From: Phyllosticta citribraziliensis
Lineage: Eukaryota
Direction of reading: 5' to 3'
NCBI RefSeq assembly: GCF_038025025.1
Contig: NW_027117340.1
Span: forward strand, 1,178,001-1,242,000
Length of the DNA: 64,000 nucleotides
In this document: piece by piece, positions 11,393 through 22,632 of the stretch
How positions within the stretch are numbered: position 1 is the first letter of the stretch
Layout of the letters: every line of letters starts with the position of its first letter
Notes under the pieces: model-generated
What the model saw: the letters and a program-made list of their open reading frames with translations, nothing else
Database searches by the model: none
What the model was told of the DNA's origin: nothing
Translations under genes and position numbers: made by a program

Positions 11393-13077
11393 TCTGGTTG
11401 GCTGGCTGGAGGAGGGATTGCAGGCGAGGCGTTAAGGTTGGCGGAAGAGCGATCCGCGCCGCGGATGCCGTGGGTGCAGCGTGGGATGTCCCTGAGGATC
11501 CCGGGAGAGCTGGAGGGGGTGCGAGAGCGAGAGTCGTCTTGTTTACGGGCTGGTGTCCTAGAGTCGCATTGCACTATGGGGGCGAGCAACGTGAGGACGC
11601 GAGGGCTGCTGGCGCAGCGAGAAGGGTGGTGGGTGGTCTTTCAATGGCTGAATATATCCCTAGGCTGCCTGACCAGGTCCCAATTATTATGGGCACGCCG
11701 GCGGGCAGATCAGGCCGTCGTCCGCCGCCTGCTTGGGTGTGTTCGGCAACCATTCCCTCTACAGCTGGGCTTCTCGTCTGTTTGAGGCTTGCCCTTCCCA
11801 GACCGACCATGGCGCGCGCCTCGTCTGGGACCAAAGGCCGGCGCCCAGGCCTCACTGGCCGCGGAACAGTCGCCATTCCAGACGCGTCCTCGTCCAGATG
11901 GAAGGAAAAGACTCTGTTCGCGAGTCTCCTGCGATACGGTCAGGTACCCGTGCTCTCGTTCCGTATAGCCGTTGACTGACCGAGCTCGCGCGGTTCTCGT
12001 GCAGCGGGTTGCAGCTCCGAGGTGGCAGTCTTTCCCATCCCTGGGTGCGCCGCGCCCCTTGCCTGCGCAGGAGTGGACCGACGGGCTGAAAGCAATGATT
12101 GGCGTCTTGCATCTGACAAGCCGAGGGAGGTGATGGGTTTGATTTTTTTCCTTTTGATGATTCGACGGCGAGTCGAGGGGTCGAGTCGTCGAGAGAGGCG
12201 GAGCGGCTCAACATCCGTGCACCCCGCCGCGTGGCTTTGATCCATGTCGCGCTTCTCGCTTAAGCTGACTCTGGCCTCGCCTTGACTTCCTTCTTGACTC
12301 TGTCCTCCCTCACCATGCCCTCCGTCTTCCTCAGCCCGTTTCGCACCGACAACAATCAACAGTGCCCTACACTCTTGCTCTCCACCTGCCAGGAGATGCA
12401 AATTGGCGCCACTACAGCCTCGTCGACGCCCATTCCGCTCGCCCTTGCCGAATTCCTAGACAACATGGTCTATCCGTACTCTATACATCAATAAAAGAAA
12501 TTCCCTACGTCGACGAGATTCAAGCCGCAGCCCATTCCATGTGCTTTGGACGACGCGTCAGGAATCAGCATGGCGCGTTCGACTTGTCTTCGTCTCGTCT
12601 TTGCTCTGTCATGCGCTTTTCGTCCGCTCTTAACTCCGCTGGCCTCGGCTCTGCAACAAACGAGGAACGTCCCATGTCCTTAGGGTAAAACCACTGCCCG
12701 ACACTTCGTCCATTGACTGGGTTGATTTTGGATAGCCTCGCAACTTTATCGCTGCATACTGCGGTGCTTGGTGCAGAAGGCCAAACCGTTTGTCGAATCC
12801 CATGATATGCCTACTTTGGCCATCTGTCTCGGCTCCCATCCCTCGATGATTTTGCGCCTGTCCAGAGGGTCTCGGTCTTCTCTTTCTCCCTGGGAGCCCC
12901 AGAGTGGAAGATATGTTGCAATCCAGAGCCATGCTGCCTATAAAAGCCAGCGGTAGATATGTCCTAGCACAAGAATCGGCCTTCAGAGACAGAAACTTCC
13001 AGAGACGACCCTAGTGCCCACTTTACACTCACTGTCCAATTCAATGGTCTCCCCAGTCACTGTCTGCAAGGGAGGGA

Positions 13078-14030
13078 ATGAAAAGTCAAAAGGAAAGTCA
13101 TGAAGAGGATGTCGTAAATTCCGGCCAGTGGATTGATTCTGCAGTCCTGTGGTACAGTGGCGCAAGTGCAGGAAACGCTGCACGACCACAACCGGAATGG
13201 CCGCACCAAATAGGACTCAACTCGGTCACTTCTATTTTCACTGCCGCTCAGTCGACGGCGCTACATTTTCTTCGCTCTCCATGTGTCACTCCTGCGATGA
13301 TATCACCTCGTCAGTCGAGAAGCACAACCAAAGCATCGGTTCATTCTATAATTTGCCCTCTGGCATCAACGTCAGCGAACCTAATATTCTTTTCCAGACT
13401 CAAGAGATTCGACAGACTCACCAAGACGACGATCGCTTTAAGAATTCTTGGTTTGTGTTCGAGGCCTTGATGCTGAACGTGGACGACCACTGTGCATACG
13501 TAGCTGGATCAGCATCCCCTCCGGATGACGGAGACGGGTGTTTAAGGCCAACTATGCACCCTTTCGCAATTCGATGTGCCCTCAATCCTTGCGTAAAGAC
13601 ATGTTCTGCCGAATTCAGGAAATCCCAATGTCAGGAAAAAGTTCTCTCGTCCGAAAACGTAGGCCTCAGGCCAAAATTCTCCAGTCAGTATGCATATATG
13701 CTTGGGACAAACCATGCCTTACGCGATGGGTCCTGGGAAGAATGCACACCTTCACGAACCGCTCGATCACACTTGTAAGGAGGGTTCCCCTGTTAAAGGC
13801 AGCGGCAAGAAGACAATGTGTGAGGCAAACATTGGATCTTTGAAACCTTACGTTGTATGGTGCCAGGAGCTTGAATTTGTCCGCAACCACTGGTCATTTC
13901 CGGCTATTTCCTGGAAGCCCAAGTCTCGGCCGCGAAGATGTTTGGATTCGAGAAGGAGAACCCGTGAGTATCCACATTGACCCGAAGCGAAGAGCAATCC
14001 CCATGGTCCAATAATTGACCAAACGGCGCT
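13078..14030 (+). pseudogene. Degenerate DUF3176-like membrane protein gene remnant
   Basis: Fragments in different frames: QPEWPHQIGLNSVTSIFTA, FSSLSMCHSCDDITS..YNLPSG, RCALNPCVKT..EKVLSS. They are broken by frameshifts and stops without consistent splice signals. Confidence 0.55.
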
Positions 14031-14394
14031 ATTTTATCACTTGTCCATCTCTTCAGCACGAGGTAGACAGTATCTGTTGCTCCTTCAAATGACCCAGTAT
14101 CAAGCGGCGTGCGTTTCGAATCCAAGTCGATCGAGCTTGAACTGGCTGAGAGTTTCAGCAATGAAGAGCGCAGTAACGTGCAGGAATCGCGGAACCCGAT
14201 TGTTGATAACGTCTTCGGAAGACAGCCGCATTTTGTGAAGTCATCGAAACAAGATTTGCTGGTCTCATTGGCGCAAAAAAAGGACGAACGTAGACATCAA
14301 GACGTGAAAGAGCGGAGCGACAGCGAGACTTTTATGCGCCGCCGGCGAGCGTCAAACTTTGATATGGGAGCGGGACATATCAAGCGGCAGGTGT

Positions 14395-14591
14395 TTATCA
14401 ACATCCCTACTGCGGGAAAATACACCAGGGTGCGCGACGCTACCTGGATTCTGGCAAATCGATAACCGCCGTTTGGAGCGCCGCCTTTGCGCCCTTGTCG
14501 CTCCTCACCAAAAAAGATAAAGCGGCTGAACGAACAGCAGGGAACAGGTTGAACATGCTCGCGGGTACTGATAAGCTCCCCGGTTCGATAA
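14395..14591. promoter_or_regulatory. Cluster of five GATAA sites (candidate AreA/NIT2 sites) upstream of the NCS1 permease
   Basis: TTATC 14395, GATAA 14461, 14516, 14570 (GATAAG) and 14587, all within 280 bp of the ATG at 14675. Confidence 0.55.
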
Positions 14592-14674
14592 AAGCTCCTC
14601 GTCGAACGACCCAAGAAGCTGAGAATGCTTCTGCAGTCTTGGTTTTGCGACCTGGATCATCTGAAAAATCAACC

Positions 14675-16625
14675 ATGGCGACAGTCCTGCGACGGCGCGT
14701 CGATTCCGCCAAGGAGAATCTCAAGTGCAAGAAAAAGGTCTCAGGATGGGTACTTCCAAAGGAAGCAAATTCGTTTGCGGACCCGGACAAATGGTCAAAC
14801 AAAGACATGGACGTGACGCCCATCGAGCGTCGGACGTGGACATCGTTGACAATTCTGGGGTTTTGGGTGAGCATCTCGCTCCAGCATTGAAACAACATGC
14901 TGAACTGCTTTGAAGATTTCGGACGCCATGAACGCCCAGGGATGGGAGGCTCCATCGTCCATCATCGCAACCGGCTTGACGTATCGTGAGGCAATCTACT
15001 GCATAATCTTTGGCTCCATGATCGACACCATCCCACTCGTCCTAAACGGTGAGGCTTTCCAAAGCATTGGGACTTTTGGTTGCTGATCAACGTTGTCTAG
15101 GTGTAATTGGAGCTCATCTACACGTACCATTCCCCATCATCGCAAAGTCTAGTTTCGGCTTCGTGTTTGCCAGATTCGCCGTAGTGACGAGAATGACGAC
15201 TGCACTCTTCTGGCACGCCATACAAACCTACACTGGGTCTACGGCCATGACGCAGTGTATTAGGGCGATTTGGCCTTCATACTTGACGGCAATCCCGAAT
15301 ACCATTCCTGACAGCGTCGGAATAACAAGCCAACAGCTCCTCAGTCATTTCATCTTCTGGAGCGTGCAACTGCCTTTTCTCCTGACGCCGCCTCACAAGC
15401 TGAAGTGGTTCTTCGTCTTCAAGGCCGTCGTTGTCTTTGTCGTCTCTGTGGCTGTCGTCATTGCCATGTGCAAAAAGGCCGGCAGCACCGGCGACCTGTG
15501 GGACCAACCCTACGAAGTCCACGGATCGGAACGGTCGTGGGCGATTCTGTCTAGCGTCATGAGCATCGCCGGGGGCTGGGCAACTATGGCCACCAACGTG
15601 CCCGACTTCACGCGATACATGAAGAAGGGACATGAACGCGGTGTCTACTGGCAAGCGCTCTGCCTGCCCGTGATATCTGTCCTCCTTGGCCTCTTTGGCA
15701 TCATTTCCACCAGCGCGTCAAAGGTCGTTTACGGCTCCTACCTCTGGGATCCCCTAGCCCTGGCAAACGAATGGCAAGGTCCCGCAGGCCGCTGCGGCGC
15801 CTTCTTCGTCGGGTTTTCCTGGGTCGTCGGGCAGATTGGAACAAACTTGTCTGCCAACGTCATTTCCTTTGCAAACGACGCCAGTTCGCTGTGCCCAAAG
15901 TACATCAACATCAGGCGGGGCGTCCTGATTGCAACCATTACCGCCGGCTGGATCATGTACGCTTCATCCTTGTCTACCGACGCGGGACAAGCTGACCGTT
16001 GCCAGGGTTCCGTGGAAAATCGTCCACTCGGCGCAAAGCTTGCTCAACTTCATGACGGGCTTGGCCATCTTCCTTGCACCAATTTCTGCCATCACGGCAT
16101 GTGACTACTGGGTCGTCAAGCACAAACATATTGATGTGCCCGCTTTGTACAAGGTAAGAACATACCGAATGTAAAAAAGCAGACACTGAACATCGTCCTA
16201 GCGTCGCGGGCGTTACCGCTACTGGAACGGCCTCAACTGGAGAGCCGCCGTCGCCTTCCTCGTCGCCGTCGTCCCCAACACGCCTGGGCTAGCCAAGGCC
16301 GTCAACCCCAGCGTCACCATCGGCGCAGGCATCAAGCACATCTACGACATGTAAGTTGCTTCAACTTCTACAACGTCGACTGTCCAACTGACGAGGGGAC
16401 AGGAACTATTTGTGGGGCTTCTGTTCCGCATTCTTTCTGTACTGGGCCTTCTCGCACTTTTTCCCAGCCGAGGAGACTTTGATCAAGGCATGTATTTACG
16501 ATGACGTCGTCACTGTGGATGGCGTCGAGTACACCAATGATGGTCTGGCGGATCCGGCTGCTGAGAAAGCTCCTGAGATACTTGACGCAAGGAAGCAGCC
16601 GTACGCGGAGGTGGGCGCTGTTTGA
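14675..16625 (+). CDS. NCS1 family nucleobase/allantoin permease (Fur-like); 6 exons
   Basis: WSNKDMDVTPIERRTW, GFWISDAMNAQGW, GAHLHVPFPIIAKSSFG, ATNVPDFTRY, GTNLSANVISFAND, PKYINIRRG, DYWVVK, GLNWRA. Five GT-AG introns (~14867, 15049, 15957, 16154, 16351). Confidence 0.93.
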
Positions 16626-17033
16626 TGTCGCGCTTGTTGTTGGATACAAACAGCCCCGAAAGCCACCAGCTTCCATGCACATCTTGTTGATGCTAGAGTC
16701 GATCTGCGTCGATTACGAATGCAAGGCTAGGATCTTGTTGAATACCCATCCTACCAAAACGTGCAACATGTTCAGTAAGCAGAAAGGCGTTCCTGTCGCG
16801 CTTTTCACGTGTAGCAAGCAAAAGCCGTCATGGAGGAATCATGCTCTCAAAGTCCATAGGAAGCGTTCGCGCCTCTTCCTGAAGATCCAAGATGATTATT
16901 CAATGACTCGTTCACACTCAACCCAGACTTGACAGTTCGCTGATTCTCAAGTGTACTAGCCATTTCCGGAAAGACCCTTCAAGTTTCGGCGGCGGCGACC
17001 TAGAGACCAGCTGCATCTCAACTCCCAGGACCA

Positions 17034-17709
17034 CTAGTCGGCTATCTCAAGAGCAGCCGCGAGCGCTGTGTCGCGGGCAATGAAAAATGCCATCAAGGCT
17101 TCGAGCTCCTCAGCCAAGCACTTGTAACCCTTGATGGACTCTTTGAAACCCTCAACGGCCTTCCTGCGCTCGTGCTTGACGTTCTCGATCCGCTGGCCAA
17201 GCTGGATGAGCACTCCCTCGCGCTGCCTTCTGAGTCGGAGGGTTGTTTTCGTCAAAGCTCTGGAAGCTGAGCCAGTCCGTGAGAGGGTCAAAGTCGACCT
17301 TGATGGCTGTCATCTGCGCGGGGTCCAGCTTGCCATTGTTCGGGGGAGGGAAGTTCAAGGCGGTGTGGCCCTGTCGGCGGGGGCTGAGCCAGCTTTTGAC
17401 ATCCTTCTTGACCTTCTCAGAATCTGCGTTTGCCGGGAACGGAGTGCTGTTGTGCCGGCCCCTCAGGCGGATGTCCATGTTCAGCTTCACAAGGCGCTGC
17501 AACGCGTAGTAGTTGAGAGCCCTGGTGACGGTGTCCTCCGGAACCCCTTTGCGCGCAAGGAAGGCAATGTGACGCTGAGTGCTTTCTACGAGGCCATCGT
17601 ATTTGCCCCTCTTGTGATTGGGCCAAGCAGTATCGATGCCATTAAGGTTCATTTCGATTCGCTCTTCCTTGTTGTAGGTCGGCTTCTGTGGTCTTGTGAG
17701 CAGCATCAT
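17034..17709 (-). pseudogene. Hypothetical coding region split over two frames (frameshifted gene or unresolved intron)
   Basis: ORF 17709-17152 is protein-like up to about FDENNPPTQK. A helical or coiled-coil C-terminal part (RQREGVLIQLGQRIENVKHERRKAVEGFKES...) runs in another frame to 17034. Confidence 0.4.
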
Positions 17710-18779
17710 CTTGATTCAAAGAGGGCTGCGCCGCACCTTCTTGCGATTTTTGGGGGTTGTCTCGGCAGGCATGCCGTTGCTAGGACTGTGCGAAAAGAGT
17801 AGCCTCTCTTTGGATCAACAGAGTACCTTGCGTCCGAATGAAGAACTCGACTGACCTGGGCGGCGGAGGAAGGGTTGGGCTCCAAAGGCGTTGATGATGA
17901 AGAATGTTGATGCGGTTGGAGAAGATGAAAAGACCTTCCAAGTTCTGGGACTGTTGATGGAAAAACAGGTGCCTGGTGCAAAAAGAGGCAGGAGCAGTCG
18001 AGGTCTCTAAACGTGAACCTCATGATGCATGAGAGGGAACGTGCAACCCAAAGCACAGGCGATTCACGTTGACATACGCCTGACGACCGCCGATAATCTG
18101 ACTCTGGTAAGCACCTCACGCAGCAGAAATATTTGGCATGTGTGAGATTTGATTGTACGTGAGTGCTGAGACTCTAGCCCGAGCAGACATGGATTCATCC
18201 AACTTGGAATTCAAGCACAGGAGATTTAGTTCCAGGATTTCCCACATTGCGGTCAGGATTCTCAGCCAGTATTGGGTCTTGGAGCTGTGGAAGACATTAG
18301 CTGCCCACTTCGCCCTTCCTCACAGAACGCCGAGCCTGAAAGATTACTCACTTATCCCCAAAGCTAACCTTCAACATACTCAGACTACACAGAAAAGCCC
18401 GGCCAGGCACCCAGGAACGCACGGCCAGCTGCCAACAAACGAGTAGCCTTGCTGTAGCGTAAAAAGGCGCTCAAGATGTGCGGCACAGCTCGCGCGCCAG
18501 TCCATCGCGATGTTCATTTCGAAACCAACGAGTCTTCGGGAGGCGTGAGAAGCCAGCACTTAAAGAAAGGGGGCAGGTATAAAGCACGACGGCTATGTGT
18601 TCGCTCAGTATCAACACAGCGCAAGCCTCTCCTGCGAATTTGGCCATCTTCCACACTGACGCCGGCTTCCTAAAAGGAAAATGTATTTGCAAGACCACCC
18701 GTAGCTGTCAAGAATGTCAACAGAGTCCCAACATGTCGTCGTGCAGCCATCAATCTACACTCCCACAACATGACGGACC

Positions 18780-19082
18780 ATGTACCCTAACCGAATCACC
18801 ACCCTAGCGATCAGTCTTATCGATCTCATTGCCGTCGCACTCCTCATCCTCCGCTGTCTAATCAGGTGCGACAGCTTCTGCGCCTTCTTTGTCAAAACCG
18901 GCGTGCTGCTCTCCGCGCCGTGCGGTGGCTGGCGGCAGCGCGCCGCCGCTAGCGACAACGTAGAAGGAAGGGGAGGAGGACGAGAGGAGAGAAGCGAAGA
19001 GTACCGCCGCTGGAGCAGCGAGACGGTGGTGGAAACGGGAGATGTGGCGGACAGGGTACGCGTCGTGGTGCTCAGGGTGTGA
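18780..19082 (+). CDS. Small single-pass membrane orphan protein (100 aa) with Cys residues after the TM segment
   Basis: ACCATG start, TATAAA at ~18578, hydrophobic ITTLAISLIDLIAVALLIL followed by RCLIRCDSFC, charged tail. Confidence 0.45.
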   Translation: MYPNRITTLAISLIDLIAVALLILRCLIRCDSFCAFFVKTGVLLSAPCGGWRQRAAASDNVEGRGGGREERSEEYRRWSSETVVETGDVADRVRVVVLRV

Positions 19083-20078
19083 TGGATGTGATGCCCAAAC
19101 AGCAAGGCGCCTGCTCTTCGCGCGAAGATGTGAGTCTGGAGATCTTTCCTTTGCTCCTTCTGGGTTGGTTTTTATTCTCTTCGGGGGCCGCTTTGGAAGC
19201 TCTTTCGCGCCGCGCTCTACGCCGCGCTTCATCTCGGTACAGTGCCTGTTTGCACAGGCGACGAAACAACCAACCACCGCGACCAATCGCCAAACGATCG
19301 ACCAGCCATCACAACATCAGAGTATCTTGAGTCAGTCGAAGCGCCGGAGTAGGCGACTTGGATGGCTGAACTCGCTGGCGTAGCCCTGAGCGGACCTACC
19401 TGACGGTAGTTGGCCATCCAGCGCGCCAACCCTCCGCGGCGTAGCGCAGCACGCGCAACAAACAGTAGGAGAGACTAAGAGGCCTCGTGCTAGCGGACTG
19501 GCGGACGGGGGCATTTGCGAGCACACTGTCGGGCAGATGCATTGCTCAACACGAGGCTCCAACCAGACTCGTGCTTGTGAAAGCAATAGCAGGACTGTTA
19601 ATGTCTGGGTACCCACAAACAAAGGACAACGCATCGAACAACGGCGTTGTCCATTGCATTGTTGTTGAATCAATGCCAGGCGTGGGGGACAAAGCAATAG
19701 AAGGAGGAAAACGAGGACGTCAAAGAGAGAGTAGAGAAAGAAAAGTGGAAGACAAAGGGAGGCGTGTATTTGGAATCTGTTTTGTCTGACACGCACCTCA
19801 AGCGTTTTGTGCCATACGCACCCTTAATAATTGCCCAGCTTGCCTCCCCTCAACACCCTCAGTCTCCTTCTGCAATTTTTCGCTTTCCAGTTTGCCAGGC
19901 GACGCCACGGCGACCAAATTTCTCAATCGAGCTGCGCTCGACTCACGAACAACACGAATTCCTCCAGAGCTTCTTCCCTTAGCGTGGAACACGAACCTTC
20001 AACACAACGCAGGCCGTGCAAGAGAACATACCACTCGGCCCCAACGCGCTCCGCGCCAACCACCGAAAACGATACAAC

Positions 20079-20339
20079 ATGTGCACGTACAAGGTGCTCA
20101 AATACGCGTGCGGACACAGCTACGAGATCAAGCTGCACGCATGCGTCGCCTCGATGCTGTCTCCTCCAACATCTTCTTCCTCATTTTCATCAGACGACGA
20201 AGACGCAGAGCCAGCGTGTCCGGTATACAACGCGCGCGTCAAAAAGGTGGCGCGCAGCTGCGGGCAGCGGTGCAAGGAGGCGGGCGGTAGCGATGAGCCG
20301 GAGCATCCGGCCGGGTGTCGCGCGTATGCGTTCGGCTGA
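20079..20339 (+). CDS. Cys-rich microprotein (86 aa), MCTY...YACGH type
   Basis: CAACATG start; MCTYKVLKYACGHSYEIKLHAC...ACPVY...RSCGQRC...GC. Strong C/G codon bias. Confidence 0.6.
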   Translation: MCTYKVLKYACGHSYEIKLHACVASMLSPPTSSSSFSSDDEDAEPACPVYNARVKKVARSCGQRCKEAGGSDEPEHPAGCRAYAFG

Positions 20340-20584
20340 GGGATACGACCAAGATAATTTTGAAAGAATTCAATTTCTTTGCTTTGCCCACAATTTTTTT
20401 GTAAATGGAGCCTTTTCTTCCAAGAGAGATGATGGAATAAAGATCAGAAACCATGGAAGGGAGATCTCGGGTATGATTTGCTGGACGTGATGCCGAGAGC
20501 CGCCGCCGAACGAGAAAGTGGAGATGGCCCTTATGTACATGTAGATGGAGACAAATGTTCCCACGAGTTATTGAGAATGCTTCG

Positions 20585-22017
20585 TCATGGGCTGTTGCTG
20601 TTACTACTGCGATCCGGGGACGGAATCTGCTCTTCCGGGGGCTTTTGCGCAAAAACATTGAACCTATTGTCGGATGTCAGCGGGAGCGGTCGGTCTCAGA
20701 GACCGTCCTACTCACATAACCCAGTAGTAGTGCTTTGACCGGTCGTTGATGTCCTTTCTCACGTCGACCAAAAACACCTCGACCTCTTCCCTCGACCAGC
20801 CCAGTTGCCGCGTGAAGAGGGCCAGGCTGATGCCTTGCAGACCCTGAGAAAGATTCTCATGAGTCCAAACGCCGATTTGTTTTTGCTTGCGACCTTTGGG
20901 CCACGACCCAATGGCCCACTTGATGCACTCTTCTTTTACATTTGCAAATCCCTGCTGGAGTAGCAGTTTGTCAAACTTGGTCGCCGCCTCCGTGTCGATT
21001 CCGCCCTTTGCAGCGGCCTCGTGCACCAGATGCGACCACTTGCACAAGGCATCGTCAGGGGCTACGCTATCGTCGTCACATTGCACCGGCAGGCAGACGT
21101 CTTGCACTTCGACCCAGCCACCGGGCTTGAGGTGCTGCCACGCTTGCTCAAAGAAGCGCTTCCAGTTGTGCATGCCCAAGATCAACATGCGCGCATGGAT
21201 AAAATCAAAGGGGGTGCCGCCAAAGTCCCAATCCTTTTCGGCGTCATCGACCCAGAATTCGCAGTTTGGGGGGGTCCATTCTGGCTGGATTGGGGATAGG
21301 TCGGTTCCAATTACGTGAGCCGAGGGATGTTCTTCTGCAAACTCGATGGCCCTGCGAGGGTCAGAGGGACGAGAGAGACGGAGAGCGAGGTGGTGGGAGG
21401 GTAGCTACCAGATTCCTGAGCCGGTGCCAATGTCCAGCACACGGTGGATGTCGGGGGCCAAAGGAGCGGCGAATAATTTGCCGTCAAGAGTCATGCGCCT
21501 GGCGGATCATCAGAGGTTGAGACTCTTTTGCGATTAGCTTGCGGCGTCGGACGTACCACACGTGGTGCTGGAGGTCTAGACGGTCGGCCTCGTCCTCATC
21601 GTTGGGCAGCCAATATTGGTCCTCGCGAAAGGCATGGTATCGGCGGCCGAATTCGAAGCGGTAGTTTTGGACCTGGGAATTGAGCGAGGTGGTGACGGAG
21701 TTTGCGTCGGAAGAGCCAAAGGCCGAGTCGGCGTCGGAGGATCGGTCGGGGGGTTCGCGCAGGATTTGGCTGCGATCGCTGCTGCTGTCGACCTCGAGGT
21801 CGTAGGCGTGACTGGCGAGCAGATGGGAGAGGATGTAGTCGTGGTGGGTTGAGTTTAGGTCGTGACCAGGGCCAGGGTCCAGCGCCAAGTCGGAAGCGGG
21901 CGTCCGGGGTAGCGGCAGCGGCAGCGGCAGCGGCAGCGGCTCACTTGCAACGGCGGCGGCGTCGTCTTGGTGGCTTGCACCTAGGGCATGCGGATCGTGG
22001 TCTTCGCAGTCGGCCAT
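20585..22017 (-). CDS. SAM-dependent methyltransferase, LaeA-like/UMTA (TdiE-like) family; 4 exons
   Basis: YRFEFGRRYHAFREDQYWLPNDEDEADRLDLQHH, VLDIGTGSGIWAIEFA, GTDLSPIQP, FDFIHAR, HLKPGGWVE, terminal exon FNVFAQKP. Confidence 0.92.
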
Positions 22018-22306
22018 GATGGATGGATGCGACGCAGAAGCAGGAGCAGAAGCAGGAGCAGCAGGAAGACATACTGCGCGGCCAACGACGTGAGCGTGAG
22101 GGTCAGCGAGGCGTAGAAAGGGCGGGGCATGCCCTGGTGCTCAGGCTCAGGCTCAGGCTCAGGCTCAGCACACGCAGCACCGCAGACGGGCGGGCGGCCA
22201 GTCAGAGGGTCGGAGACATTTTGGATACATGTAGAATGGACGGCGGACTGGTGTTGTGCCTCGGCGTTCAGGCCAGGGACTATGTACGTATGTACGTATG
22301 TATGTA
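21911..22306. repeat. Group of microsatellites at the methyltransferase 5' end and in the shared promoter
   Basis: (AGCGGC)5 at 21911-21940 encodes PLPLPLPLPL. GCAGAAGCAGGA is repeated twice at ~22034. (CTCAGG)~5 at 22140-22168. TATGTACG/TATG repeats at 22281-22306. Confidence 0.85.
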
Positions 22307-22632
22307 GGTGATGGATGGATGGGGTCTCCCCCCTCTTCGTCCGCTGTGGCTCCGAAAGGCGAGGACCAAGTCCAGTCCATCCGCCACGCTAGGTACGCCC
22401 ACCGCCCTTCTTCAACCCTCGTCTGCCTGGCCTGGCGGACATTTTGCAGAGCCTCCTCCAACTCCAACCTGACGACCATCCCTCGCACCTCAACTCAACC
22501 TCTCCCCGCTGTCTGCTCTGCGTCCATGTCCGGCCAAGGCCCACGATCTGCCTCAGCTTAACCGCGCCCCCGGACTCCTACTGAGCCACAACTCCGGCCT
22601 TGTGTCCGTTCTCTCCGTTGCATGCCCGCGCC

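Noticed and set aside
9328..11979. Many long overlapping or antisense ORFs (also over NIT3, urease and DGD)
   Set aside because: These are shadow ORFs caused by high GC3 in the real genes.
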